Shown piece after piece: positions 1 through 9,398 of a stretch of DNA of 64,000 bases. Source of the DNA: an uncultured Chitinophaga sp. (GTDB lineage: Bacteria > Bacteroidota > Bacteroidia > Chitinophagales > LD1); assembly GCA_964615305.1 (NCBI GenBank), contig CAZTNA010000002.1, forward strand, positions 18,835 through 82,834, in the 5' to 3' direction. Position 1 is the stretch's first letter; each line of letters opens with the position of its first letter. The position numbers and the translations under genes were made by a program. The notes beneath the pieces were generated by a model. It was not told where the DNA came from and made no database searches. It saw only the letters and a program-made list of their open reading frames with translations.

Positions 1-86
1 AAATGTATCAGAAGCATACACAAAAGCAAAAGGAAGGTTCTGTAATTGTTGAATTTCTAATTCATTTGCGAGGCAAAAAAGCAACT

Positions 87-959
87 ATGCATATCATTGA
101 AAACGAGTTTCTGCGCGTGGCTGCACGCAATTACGGTGCGGAACTTACTTCTATATTTTATAAGCTCACTAATACAGAACAGTTGTGGCAGGCCGATAAA
201 AATTTTTGGGGCTGGCACGCTCCGGTGTTGTTTCCGGTGGTAGGCCGCTGCCTGAACGATGAAATTATTGTTGATGGAAAGAAATACGCGATGCAAAAGC
301 ACGGCTTTGCGCGGAAGAGTAATTTTAATCTGCTGGAGTTAAGCAACACCAAAATGGTATTCTCGCTTTTATATAGCGGTGATACGCTTCGTGTGTATCC
401 CTATCAGTTTGAGTTGCTGATTGCCTATTCACTGCACGAAAATCAACTCAAAGTTTCGTACGAAGTAATAAACCGCGATCAAAAGCCCATGTGGTTTCAA
501 TTAGGCGGCCACCCGGCTTTCGCAGTTCCTTTTAATACGCAGCAGGAAACTTACAGCGATTACTACTTAGAGTTTTCTGAAAAAGAAAATGCTGAGCGCC
601 ACTATATAGATGGCGATGGTTTTTTTGACGGCAGAAAAGAAACAGTATTGGATAACAGCAGCAGCATTGCGCTTCGCAACGATTTGTTTAAGGATGATGC
701 ACTTATCTTTAAAGATTTGCAATCGCGCAAGGTGTGTATAAAGTGTAAGCACCATGCCAATTCGCTTACAGTAAATTTCGATGGCTTTCCGTATTTAGGT
801 GTGTGGGCAAAAGTAAACGCCCCTTATGTATGTATTGAACCCTGGCTCGGTTGTGCCGACACGGCCGGCAAAACTCAGGAACTGAAAGATAGGGAAGGAG
901 TGCTGATGCTTGAGCCGGGCGAAGTAATTAACCCTCATTTTGTTATCACCGTTACTTAA
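87..959 (+). CDS. aldose 1-epimerase (galactose mutarotase-like) family protein
   Basis: Track ORF 3-959. Motifs 'IENEFLRVAARNYGAELTSI', 'WHAPVLFPVVGR', 'GGHPAF' and 'CIEPW' fit the family. The ATG at 87 (MHIIENEF) fits the family N-terminus better than the ATG at 3. Confidence 0.7.
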   Translation: MHIIENEFLRVAARNYGAELTSIFYKLTNTEQLWQADKNFWGWHAPVLFPVVGRCLNDEIIVDGKKYAMQKHGFARKSNFNLLELSNTKMVFSLLYSGDTLRVYPYQFELLIAYSLHENQLKVSYEVINRDQKPMWFQLGGHPAFAVPFNTQQETYSDYYLEFSEKENAERHYIDGDGFFDGRKETVLDNSSSIALRNDLFKDDALIFKDLQSRKVCIKCKHHANSLTVNFDGFPYLGVWAKVNAPYVCIEPWLGCADTAGKTQELKDREGVLMLEPGEVINPHFVITVT

Positions 960-972
960 ATAAACTACGTCT

Positions 973-1299
973 ATGAATTGGTTAATACTGGTATTGGCAG
1001 GGTTGTTTGAAACCGCGTTTGCCTTTTGCTTAGGCAAAGCCAAACTGTCATCAGGTAATGAAATGTATGTGTGGTATGCAGGTTTTACTCTATCGCTATT
1101 GGTAAGTATGGCGCTGCTGGTAAAAGCTGCTCAAACTTTACCTATGGGCACTGCCTATGCCGTTTGGACAGGTATAGGTGCCGCAGGTACCGTACTGCTC
1201 GGTATTTTGGTGTTTAAAGAGCCCGCCACCGCTTGGCGTTTGTTCTTTCTTTTTACTCTCATAGGTTCTATAGCAGGTCTTAAGTTTGTGTCGGGCTAA
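973..1299 (+). CDS. sugE: SMR-family small multidrug/guanidinium exporter (SugE/Gdx-like)
   Basis: 108 aa with 4 predicted TM segments. The N-terminus 'MNWLILVLAGLFETAFAFCLGKA' carries the conserved membrane Glu, and 'AYAVWTGIGAAGTVLLGILVFKE' is also present. Confidence 0.85.
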   Translation: MNWLILVLAGLFETAFAFCLGKAKLSSGNEMYVWYAGFTLSLLVSMALLVKAAQTLPMGTAYAVWTGIGAAGTVLLGILVFKEPATAWRLFFLFTLIGSIAGLKFVSG

Positions 1300-1351
1300 T
1301 GCAGGTTTTTTGTAATGTCAAATTTCTGTTTTGTTTATTATCTCATCGCAC

Positions 1352-1359
1352 TACATTTG
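1352..1359 (+). promoter_or_regulatory. candidate Bacteroidetes -7 promoter box (TAnnTTTG) for clpS
   Basis: TACATTTG lies about 20 nt upstream of the clpS ATG, and TTTG at 1330-1333 is a possible -33 element. The motif is short and has many chance hits. Confidence 0.3.
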
Positions 1360-1379
1360 CAGTTCTTAATTAGTATTCT

Positions 1380-1661
1380 ATGAATTTCGGAACTACAACT
1401 TTACTTCAACCCGAGCTAGATATTGAAGTTGACACACTGCTCGAAAACAAATTGATTGTTCACAACGATAACTACAACACCTTTGAATGGGTTATTGAAA
1501 CGCTCGTAAAAGTTTGCAAGCATAACAAAGAGCAAGCAGAGCAATGTTCCTACATCATACACCATAAAGGTAAATACGCAGTTAAGCATGGCAACTACGA
1601 AACACTAAAGCCCATGAAAGAGGCCATTGCCGAAAGGGGTATAAATGTCACCATTGAGTAG
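1380..1661 (+). CDS. clpS: ATP-dependent Clp protease adaptor ClpS
   Basis: 93 aa. 'LIVHNDNYNTFEWVIETLVKVCKHNKEQAEQCSYIIHHKGKYAV' is the ClpS core pattern. Confidence 0.85.
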   Translation: MNFGTTTLLQPELDIEVDTLLENKLIVHNDNYNTFEWVIETLVKVCKHNKEQAEQCSYIIHHKGKYAVKHGNYETLKPMKEAIAERGINVTIE

Positions 1662-1718
1662 CGTTCAAGTGTAGAAAGTTTCAATCCAACGTTCACTCTC
1701 TAAAATCCAATATCACGA

Positions 1719-3317
1719 ATGGGGCAATATTTTAACCAGGAACACGAAATGTTTCGTCAGACTGTTCGCGATTTTGTTACCAAAGAAGTTACTCCGCACA
1801 TTGACCAATGGGAAGAAGAAGAAAAACTTCCCCGCAGTATTTTTACCCGCATGGGCGAACTTGGTTTTTTGGGTATTAACTTCCCCGAGCAGTATGGAGG
1901 TACCAATAACGATTTTTGGTACACAGTAGTTTATCTCGAAGAATTAGCCAGAGGCGGCTTTGCAGGTCTTTCTGCTGCTGTTAGTGTTCATCAATACATG
2001 GCCACTAACCACATACTTAACGCAGGCAGCGAATTTTTGAAAGAAAAATACCTAAAGCCAAGTATTGAAGGTAAATTTGTAGGCAGCATAGCTATTTCAG
2101 AGCCGGGTGCCGGCAGCGATGTAGCTAACTTACGCTGTACCGCAAAAAGAGAAGGTGATTACTTCATTATTAACGGCAGCAAAACTTTTATTACCAACGG
2201 GGTGTACGGAAACTTTGTAACCGTTGCCTGTAAAACAGACCCCGAAGCAGGCTTAGCAGGGGTTAGCTTAATAGTAGTTGACCAGGGTACACCCGGCTTT
2301 ACTTCTAACAAGTTGAAGAAAATGGGTTGGAAAAGCAGCGACACAGCTGAATTGTTTTTCGACCAGGTAAAAGTTCCCGCTACACATTTAGTAGGTCAGC
2401 AGGGGCAGGGCTTCTTTTACATCATGGAAAGCTTTCAGTTAGAAAGATTGATAGCAGGAATATTAGCCGTATCGGGTTGCGAACGCGCTATTGAAACTAC
2501 ATTGAAATATATGCACGAACGTGCGGCCTTCGGCAAACCTATTGCCAAATACCAAACGCTTAGACATACTATGAGCAATTTGATTACTGAAGTAGAGATA
2601 ACAAAGCGCTTTGTGTACTACTGCTGCGATTTATTTAATCGAGGCATTTTTGCTGTTAAAGAGTGTAGCATGGCTAAAATGAAAGCCACCGAACTGGGCA
2701 AAACGGTAGCCGATGAGTGCTTACAGATGTTTGGCGGCTATGGCTATATGAGTGAGTATCCTATTGAGCGCGGATACCGCGATGCGCGTGTGGGAACTAT
2801 TGTAGGCGGCACTACCGAAATTATGCTCGAGATTATATCTAAGATAGCCATTGATGGTGTAAACTATGAGGGGGCGTACAAAAACATGAAAGGAGCACTG
2901 AAACCAGAGCCCATCAACACCCCGCAAGTACCTGGCACAGGCAGCAAAAATATTTCTTCATTAAACAAAAACGGCAAAATGGAATCAGTTCCGCAAACAG
3001 CGCGTGAGATTGTCTACTCACTTCCGCAACGATTAAAAACAGACAAAGTTGATGACTCAGTTTCTTCAGTATTTCATTTCAAGTTAGCAGGCGATACCGG
3101 TGGTGAGTTTACCGCTGTGCTTAAAGATAAAGCAGTGGAAGTAAGCGATGGCTTAAATGGCGAAGCTACCTGTGTTATTACGGCTAAAGCTTCTGACTAT
3201 GAAGATTTGGAGTTAGGCCGCGGAAACCCGCAAATGATGTTTATGATGGGCAAAATAAAAGTGAGTAACCTGGGCGAGGTGATGAAGTTTATTACGTATT
3301 TCCAACGCCTTAGCTAA
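1719..3317 (+). CDS. acyl-CoA dehydrogenase fused to a C-terminal SCP2 lipid-binding domain
   Basis: The ACAD core covers residues 1-385 ('ISEPGAGSD', 'FQLERL', 'VGGTTEIMLEIISK'). After a linker, an SCP2 domain covers residues about 425-532 ('VFHFKLAGDTGGEFT', 'GNPQMMFMMGKIKVSNLGEVMKF'). Confidence 0.85.
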   Translation: MGQYFNQEHEMFRQTVRDFVTKEVTPHIDQWEEEEKLPRSIFTRMGELGFLGINFPEQYGGTNNDFWYTVVYLEELARGGFAGLSAAVSVHQYMATNHILNAGSEFLKEKYLKPSIEGKFVGSIAISEPGAGSDVANLRCTAKREGDYFIINGSKTFITNGVYGNFVTVACKTDPEAGLAGVSLIVVDQGTPGFTSNKLKKMGWKSSDTAELFFDQVKVPATHLVGQQGQGFFYIMESFQLERLIAGILAVSGCERAIETTLKYMHERAAFGKPIAKYQTLRHTMSNLITEVEITKRFVYYCCDLFNRGIFAVKECSMAKMKATELGKTVADECLQMFGGYGYMSEYPIERGYRDARVGTIVGGTTEIMLEIISKIAIDGVNYEGAYKNMKGALKPEPINTPQVPGTGSKNISSLNKNGKMESVPQTAREIVYSLPQRLKTDKVDDSVSSVFHFKLAGDTGGEFTAVLKDKAVEVSDGLNGEATCVITAKASDYEDLELGRGNPQMMFMMGKIKVSNLGEVMKFITYFQRLS

Positions 3318-3340
3318 CATCTAACTGCTTAGTAAAAAAA

Positions 3341-3368
3341 GGCAATCCGCGCGGGTTGCCTTTTTCTT
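3341..3368 (+). terminator. Rho-independent terminator after the ACAD-SCP2 gene
   Basis: GGCAATCC-GCGC-GGGTTGCC forms an 8-bp stem (one G-U pair) with a tetraloop. It is followed by TTTTTCTTTC and preceded by an A-run. Confidence 0.6.
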
Positions 3369-3395
3369 TCAGTCAGTTTATTCAATATCTATTAC

Positions 3396-4910
3396 ATGAA
3401 AATTACCGCACAGCAAATTATTGAGTCTATTCCATCGCGCTTTCGTGCTGAAAAAGCTCAAAACTATTCAACCGTTTTTCATTTTGATATAGCCGGTGAC
3501 GAAACCTTGCAATACACGGTTTCTATAATGAACAACCAATGCTTTTTACAACAGGGTTTAACAGGTAGTGCTGATTGCGTTGTAAAAACTAAAGCATCGA
3601 TGTATGTAGATTTAGAAACCGGAAAAGCAAATCCGCAAATGGCGTTAATGATGGGTAAAGTAAAGGTTTCAAACATTGCTGCTATGATGCAGTTTGCGAA
3701 ATGTTTTAGAAAGTTTACTGTGCCTGACGCTAATACACTAACAAAAATTTCTCACGCTCGCTCTGCGAAACAAGGGCCGCTGGCTGGTGTAAAAATTATT
3801 GATTTCACGCGCTTGCTTCCCGGCCCCTTGGCTACCATGTTTTTAGCTGATATGGGCGCTGATGTAATTAAAGTTGAAGACCCCGACAACCCGGACTATG
3901 TACGCGATTTTGAACCGCGTATCTATGGCACAAGTATGTTTTACCTCTCATTAAACAGAAACAAACGAAGTTTGGCTGTAAATTATCTTTCAGCACCTGG
4001 CAAACAGATTATTTACAACCTGGTAAAAACTGCCGATGTGCTTATCGAGCAATTTCGGCCGGGAGTAATGAAAGAAATGGGCTTTGGTTACGAAGAACTC
4101 TCGAAGCTGAATCCTAAATTGATTTATGTTTCAATCACCGGATATGGTCAAACATCATCAAAGGCCATGCATGCCGGTCATGATTTAAACTATGTAGGCA
4201 TTGCCGGAGCGCTTGGTATTACAGGCACAGAGAATAATGATGTTGTGATTCCGGGTTTTCAGTTAGCCGATGTGGGAGGTGGAAGTTATATGGCTATGAA
4301 TGCCGTAACTACCGCCTTATATCAGCGCGAAAAAACAGGAAAAGGCGAGTGGATAGATGTTGCCATGACAGACGCTGCTTTGCCATTCAGTGTTTTGCAG
4401 TTTGCAGCACATCAGGGCGCTAAACAAAATATAAACCGGGCAAAGTTTGAATTAAGTGGTGCGTTAGCTAACTACAATGTTTATAAGTGCAAAGACGGCA
4501 AGTATGTAGCGCTTGGAAGTTTAGAACCAAAGTTTTGGAGCATTTTTTGTGCTCGGGTAAACAAACCTGAATGGGGCGAAAAGTTTTTATTACAAGGTGA
4601 TGAGTTGCAAAAACTTATTCAGGAAGTCCGCGAATTGTTTCTCACCAAAACACGCTATGAATGGCTGCAATATTTTCTGAACGATGATTTCTGTTTTTCA
4701 ACTATCAATGATTTAAACGAAATTGAAAATGATGAATATCTAAACGAGCGCAACATGTTTGTTGTAAATCAACATAGTGCTGTGGGTGAATACAAAACAA
4801 TTAATCAACCACTTAAATTTTTGTGCAACAGTTTTGCAAACAATTGGAGTGCCCCTGAACTGGGTGAAGATAATGATGCAATTACTCAGGAGTTAAACTC
4901 TGTAAAGTAA
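3396..4910 (+). CDS. SCP2 domain fused to a family III CoA-transferase / alpha-methylacyl-CoA racemase-like core
   Basis: The N-terminal SCP2 domain shows 'VFHFDIAGDETLQYT' and 'ANPQMALMMGKVKVSNIAAMMQF'. It is followed by 'GVKIIDFTRLLPGPLATMFLADMGADVIKVEDP', typical of CaiB/BaiF-type enzymes. Confidence 0.8.
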   Translation: MKITAQQIIESIPSRFRAEKAQNYSTVFHFDIAGDETLQYTVSIMNNQCFLQQGLTGSADCVVKTKASMYVDLETGKANPQMALMMGKVKVSNIAAMMQFAKCFRKFTVPDANTLTKISHARSAKQGPLAGVKIIDFTRLLPGPLATMFLADMGADVIKVEDPDNPDYVRDFEPRIYGTSMFYLSLNRNKRSLAVNYLSAPGKQIIYNLVKTADVLIEQFRPGVMKEMGFGYEELSKLNPKLIYVSITGYGQTSSKAMHAGHDLNYVGIAGALGITGTENNDVVIPGFQLADVGGGSYMAMNAVTTALYQREKTGKGEWIDVAMTDAALPFSVLQFAAHQGAKQNINRAKFELSGALANYNVYKCKDGKYVALGSLEPKFWSIFCARVNKPEWGEKFLLQGDELQKLIQEVRELFLTKTRYEWLQYFLNDDFCFSTINDLNEIENDEYLNERNMFVVNQHSAVGEYKTINQPLKFLCNSFANNWSAPELGEDNDAITQELNSVK

Positions 4911-5051
4911 CATTAAGTTGGGCGGTTACTTATGTAGAAAAACAATTTCTGTTTTAATTCCGTAAAAATACAACACTAACACTTGAGCTATGGAGTGTTG
5001 TTTGCTGTTTAATTTCAAAAACATTTATTTGCCGCTCACTAAAAATCAGGC

Positions 5052-7391
5052 ATGAGTAAAAACTTAATTATTGTGGAGTCGCCTGCTAAGGCAAAAACCA
5101 TCAACAAGTTTTTAGGAAAGGACTACGTGGTTACATCTTGCTACGGGCACATTCGCGATTTACCCGATAGCGGATTGAATATTGATATTGAAAATGGTTT
5201 TGAACCTAATTATGTAATAAGCGAAGACAAAGAGAAGGTTATAAAGGAGTTGAAAAAACTCGCCAAGTCAGCCGAAGAAATTTATCTGGCAACGGATGAA
5301 GACCGCGAGGGAGAAGCCATATCGTGGCACCTTTGCGATGTACTAAAACTAAACCCCAAAAAAGCCAAGCGCATTACCTACACCGAGATTACTAAAGAGG
5401 CGGTGCAGGAAGCTGTAGAAAATCCACGTACTATCAATATGGATTTGGTAAATGCTCAGCAAGCGCGTAGAGTGCTCGATCGTTTAGTGGGGTACGAAAT
5501 TTCTCCGGTGCTTTGGAAAAAAGTAAAACCAAGTTTATCGGCAGGCAGAGTACAATCAGTAGCAGTTCGGCTTATTGTAGAACGTGAAAGAGAAATACGC
5601 GTTTTCACACCGGTGGCATCATTTAAAGTAGTAGGGTACTTTTTTGTTACTGATAACACAGGAAAAAAATCTGTGTTTAAGGCAGAGAGAGCTGCCAACT
5701 TTAAAACTTATGAAGAAGCTGATAAATTTTTGAAAGAAGTAAGCAATGCAGAGTTTAAAGTAAGTTCAATTGAAAAGAAACCGGGCAAGCGATCGCCTGC
5801 AGCACCGTTCACAACTTCTACTTTGCAACAAGAAGCTTCGCGCAAGCTCGGCTTTCCGGTTGCTATAACCATGCGTGTAGCTCAAAAGCTTTATGAGAAC
5901 GGACACATTACTTATATGCGTACCGATTCAACAAATTTATCTGACACGGCACACAAAGCGTTGGCTAAAGAGATTAAGAACAAGTATGGTAAAGAGTTTT
6001 ACGAGCAAAGAAATTTTGTAACCAAAAGTGCCGGAGCGCAAGAAGCTCACGAAGCTATCCGCCCTTCACACATGGAGGTTTCGTCAGTTGATGGAGATTC
6101 AGATGAGCAACGCTTGTACGATTTAATCTGGAAACGTACCGTAGCATCGCAAATGACCGATGCACAGATTGAGAAAACTGTTATTGATATTGTAAACAAT
6201 AAAAACAAAGAAACACTTCAGGCTAAAGCCGAAGTAATTTTGTTTGAAGGTTTTTTAAAGGTGTATAACGAAGGTGTAGATGAAGAAAGCGAAGGTGATG
6301 AAGAAGCGGCAGCGCTTATTCCACCGGTTAAGCAAGGGCAAGTTCTTGAGCTAAAAGAACTGAGCGCAACAGAGCGTTTTTCTAAACCCGCTGCGCGTTA
6401 TACAGAGGCCAGTTTGGTTAAGAAACTCGAAGAGTTAGGTATCGGACGGCCTTCAACTTATGCACCAACCATTTCTACTGTTCAAAAACGCGGATACGTA
6501 ATTAAGGAACCTCGCGAAGGAGTAGAGCGGAAGTACAAAGTACTTACACTCCGGAATGGGAAAATTGATGCCGAAACTAAAACTGAAATTACCGGTGCCG
6601 AAAAAAACAAGTTGTTTCCAACAGATATTGGATTGCTTGTTACAGATTTTCTGGTAGCTAATTTTTCCGATATACTCGATTACAATTTTACAGCTGATGT
6701 AGAACAGCAGTTTGATAAAGTGGCTGAAGGAAAAATTGTTTGGAACAAAATGATTGGCAACTTCTACAAACCATTTCACAAAATAGTAGAGAATACAACT
6801 GATAAGGCAGAACGAGTATCAGGTGAAAGATTGCTAGGCACAGACCCCGCTAGCGGTGAACCGTTGATTGTGCGCATGGGTAAGTTTGGCCCCATGGCTC
6901 AAATTGGAAAAGCCGATGAGGAAACCGGAAAGAAAGCAAGATTTGCAAAACTTCGTTCAACTCAATCAATAGAAACTATCACTTTTGAAGAAGCGCTTGA
7001 GCTATTCAAATTGCCTCGTACACTTGGGCAGGTAGATGGTAAAGATGTGAAGGTAAGTATTGGCCGCTTTGGCCCTTATATTCAGCTTGATAAATTGTTT
7101 GTTTCTATTCCAAGAGACAAAGACCCTTATACTATTAAGTTTGAAGAAGCTCAGATTTTGATAAAAGAGAAACAGGAGAAAGATGCCAACCGCATTATTG
7201 CCAGCTTTGAAAAGGAAGATATTCAAGTGTTAAATGGTCGCTACGGACCTTATATTAAGAAGGGTAAAGACAACTACAAAATTCCTAAAGATAAAACAGC
7301 TGAATATCTAACGCTTGAAGATATTCAGATGATAATTGGAGAGCAGGGCCCAACGAAAAAAGGCCGTTCGTTCAGAGGTAGAAAAAAGTAG
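5052..7391 (+). CDS. topA: DNA topoisomerase I
   Basis: 779 aa. The Toprim N-terminus is 'LIIVESPAKAKTI', the active-site Tyr context is 'GHITYMRTDS', and the C-terminus has repeated 'GRFGPYI'/'GRYGPYI' modules. Confidence 0.95.
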   Translation: MSKNLIIVESPAKAKTINKFLGKDYVVTSCYGHIRDLPDSGLNIDIENGFEPNYVISEDKEKVIKELKKLAKSAEEIYLATDEDREGEAISWHLCDVLKLNPKKAKRITYTEITKEAVQEAVENPRTINMDLVNAQQARRVLDRLVGYEISPVLWKKVKPSLSAGRVQSVAVRLIVEREREIRVFTPVASFKVVGYFFVTDNTGKKSVFKAERAANFKTYEEADKFLKEVSNAEFKVSSIEKKPGKRSPAAPFTTSTLQQEASRKLGFPVAITMRVAQKLYENGHITYMRTDSTNLSDTAHKALAKEIKNKYGKEFYEQRNFVTKSAGAQEAHEAIRPSHMEVSSVDGDSDEQRLYDLIWKRTVASQMTDAQIEKTVIDIVNNKNKETLQAKAEVILFEGFLKVYNEGVDEESEGDEEAAALIPPVKQGQVLELKELSATERFSKPAARYTEASLVKKLEELGIGRPSTYAPTISTVQKRGYVIKEPREGVERKYKVLTLRNGKIDAETKTEITGAEKNKLFPTDIGLLVTDFLVANFSDILDYNFTADVEQQFDKVAEGKIVWNKMIGNFYKPFHKIVENTTDKAERVSGERLLGTDPASGEPLIVRMGKFGPMAQIGKADEETGKKARFAKLRSTQSIETITFEEALELFKLPRTLGQVDGKDVKVSIGRFGPYIQLDKLFVSIPRDKDPYTIKFEEAQILIKEKQEKDANRIIASFEKEDIQVLNGRYGPYIKKGKDNYKIPKDKTAEYLTLEDIQMIIGEQGPTKKGRSFRGRKK

Positions 7392-7392
7392 C

Positions 7393-8262
7393 ATGAGCAG
7401 CCGCACTGAAATACATGCGCTTATTCAGTTACTGGATGATACTGACGAAGAAGTATTTAGTCATGTGTACAACAAGCTAAAGAGTTTTGGCCCAGAGGTA
7501 ATACCATCGTTAGAGCAAGCGTGGAGCATTGATCTAAATGCGGCTACACACGAGCGTATAGAAGAAATTATTCACGATATACAGTTTGATGCACTGGTTA
7601 AAGAGTGGAAGCTATGGCTTGCTACCGGCTCTGCTGAATTATTGACCGGGGCATATTTGATAGCCCGTTATCATTACCCTGATTTAAGCATTGAAGAAAT
7701 TCGCAAGAAAATTCTAAAGATAAAGCAGAGTATATGGCTGGAGTTAAACTATAATCAAACACCGCTTGAGCAGATACAGATTTTTAACCAGGTTTTTTAC
7801 AACAACCACTCATTTAAAGGGGTTCAGCTTTCTTCTGATTATCAGGATGGTTGCATAAACCATGTGCTCGATAGTAAACAGGGCAATGCGGTATCGGTGG
7901 GTATTGTTTATCAGATATTGGCAAATGAGTTGAATTTACCGGTGTATGGTGTTACGCTCATGCAGCACTACATACTTGCATTTTGCAAGAAAAATATTTT
8001 CGACTTTTCGGAAGAAATAAATCTTGAACGAGAGGTTATGTTTTATATCAATCCCATAAACAGAGGGTCTGTGTTTTCGAGAGCAGAAATAAAAGACTAC
8101 CTCAAAAAAATGGAAACCCCGGAACTTACCGAGTTCTTTGCGCCTTCGCCAAACAAAAGCATTCTAAAAGAATTACTACGGTACCTCATTAAGCTGTATA
8201 TAGATAACAATGATATAACCCGAAGCAAAGAGTTGACATATATTGCCCAGCTACTCGATTAA
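7393..8262 (+). CDS. transglutaminase-like (SirB1/YchA-type) family protein
   Basis: The ATG at 7393 lies just after the topA stop, so the track ORF start at 7336 overlaps topA and is unlikely. 'LLTGAYLIARYHYPDL' and 'GNAVSVGIVYQILANELNLPVYGV' resemble the SirB1 N-terminal/transglutaminase-like family. Confidence 0.55.
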   Translation: MSSRTEIHALIQLLDDTDEEVFSHVYNKLKSFGPEVIPSLEQAWSIDLNAATHERIEEIIHDIQFDALVKEWKLWLATGSAELLTGAYLIARYHYPDLSIEEIRKKILKIKQSIWLELNYNQTPLEQIQIFNQVFYNNHSFKGVQLSSDYQDGCINHVLDSKQGNAVSVGIVYQILANELNLPVYGVTLMQHYILAFCKKNIFDFSEEINLEREVMFYINPINRGSVFSRAEIKDYLKKMETPELTEFFAPSPNKSILKELLRYLIKLYIDNNDITRSKELTYIAQLLD

Positions 8263-8339
8263 GTTTTTCGGTTTATCGCCACTTTGTTGTAAACTACTTT
8301 CGTCTAAATTTTACTTTAGCTTTTACAATACAGCCCATT

Positions 8340-9392
8340 ATGAATGATATAATAAAGACAACCTGGCGCAGCCCTTCTAACATAGCCCTGATAAAATATT
8401 GGGGCAAAAAACAAGGAGTGCAGATTCCTGCCAATCCAAGCATTAGTTTTACTTTAGAACAATGCTACTCTGAAACCAGTGTAACCTTGTTGGAAAAAGA
8501 AACTAAGTCGAAAGACCTAGAACTTCGATTTTATTTTGATGGTAAAGCCAACATGGCTTTTCAATTGAAGATGATTAAGTTTTTCGAAAGTATTAAGAAA
8601 GACTTTCCGTTGCTTCATCAATACGGGTTACTGATTCACTCTACTAATTCGTTTCCTCATTCATCGGGCATAGCTTCATCGGCATCAGCTATGAGCGCAT
8701 TAAGCATGTGCCTTTGCGATCTGCAGCAACAGTTAGGTAAGCAAAAACTAAGCCCCGAAAAGTTTTTGCAGCGGGCATCATATTTTGCCCGCTTGGGCTC
8801 AGGCAGTGCTGCGCGATCTGTGTACCCGGTTATAGCACAATGGGGTAAAACAAAAACAGTAAAGGGCAGCAGCGACATGTATGCAAAGCCTTTCGAAAAA
8901 AATATTCACCCCATTTTTAAAACCTATCAGAACACAATTCTTATAGCCAGCAGTGCTGAGAAGAAAGTTTCGAGCCGTGTGGGGCATTCGTTAATGAAAG
9001 CAAACCCGTTTGCAAAAACAAGATATGCGCAGGCAGAAAGTAATTTGAAAGAATTGTTGGTAGCACTGAATAAAGGTGATCTCGAAAAATTTGGTGCCAT
9101 AGTAGAAGAAGAAGCCATGACCCTTCATGCGCTTATGATGTGTTCAACACCATCGTTTGTGTTGATGGCTCCTGCTACTTTAAGAATGATTGAGAAAATT
9201 CGCACCTACAGAGACGAAACTAAACTGCCCGTATATTTCACATTAGATGCCGGCCCGAACATTCATTTGTTATATCCAAAGAAGATAGCTGCGAAAGTGA
9301 ATTACTTTATTCAAGCAGAACTTGCTGAACTTTGCGAAGAAGGCAGGTTGATAAAAGACAATGTGGGCAAAGGGCCCATGCGTGTGAAATAG
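8340..9392 (+). CDS. mvaD: diphosphomevalonate decarboxylase
   Basis: 'SPSNIALIKYWGKK', 'NSFPHSSGIASSASAMSAL' and 'ARLGSGSAARSV' are the hallmark MVD motifs. Confidence 0.85.
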   Translation: MNDIIKTTWRSPSNIALIKYWGKKQGVQIPANPSISFTLEQCYSETSVTLLEKETKSKDLELRFYFDGKANMAFQLKMIKFFESIKKDFPLLHQYGLLIHSTNSFPHSSGIASSASAMSALSMCLCDLQQQLGKQKLSPEKFLQRASYFARLGSGSAARSVYPVIAQWGKTKTVKGSSDMYAKPFEKNIHPIFKTYQNTILIASSAEKKVSSRVGHSLMKANPFAKTRYAQAESNLKELLVALNKGDLEKFGAIVEEEAMTLHALMMCSTPSFVLMAPATLRMIEKIRTYRDETKLPVYFTLDAGPNIHLLYPKKIAAKVNYFIQAELAELCEEGRLIKDNVGKGPMRVK

Positions 9393-9398
9393 ATTTTG

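Noticed and set aside
960-972. Guanidine riboswitch upstream of the SMR (SugE/Gdx-like) exporter
   Set aside because: Only 13 nt separate the exporter from the upstream stop codon, which leaves no room for a ykkC or mini-ykkC element.
4971-5000. Hairpin CAACACT...AGTGTTG after the CoA-transferase gene as a terminator
   Set aside because: The loop is 16 nt, there are competing pairings, and the T-tract is weak and interrupted. It is not convincing enough to list as a feature.
7336-7392. Longer N-terminus of the transglutaminase-like ORF overlapping topA
   Set aside because: It would overlap the topA 3' end by 56 nt in another frame, whereas the ATG at 7393 directly follows the topA stop.
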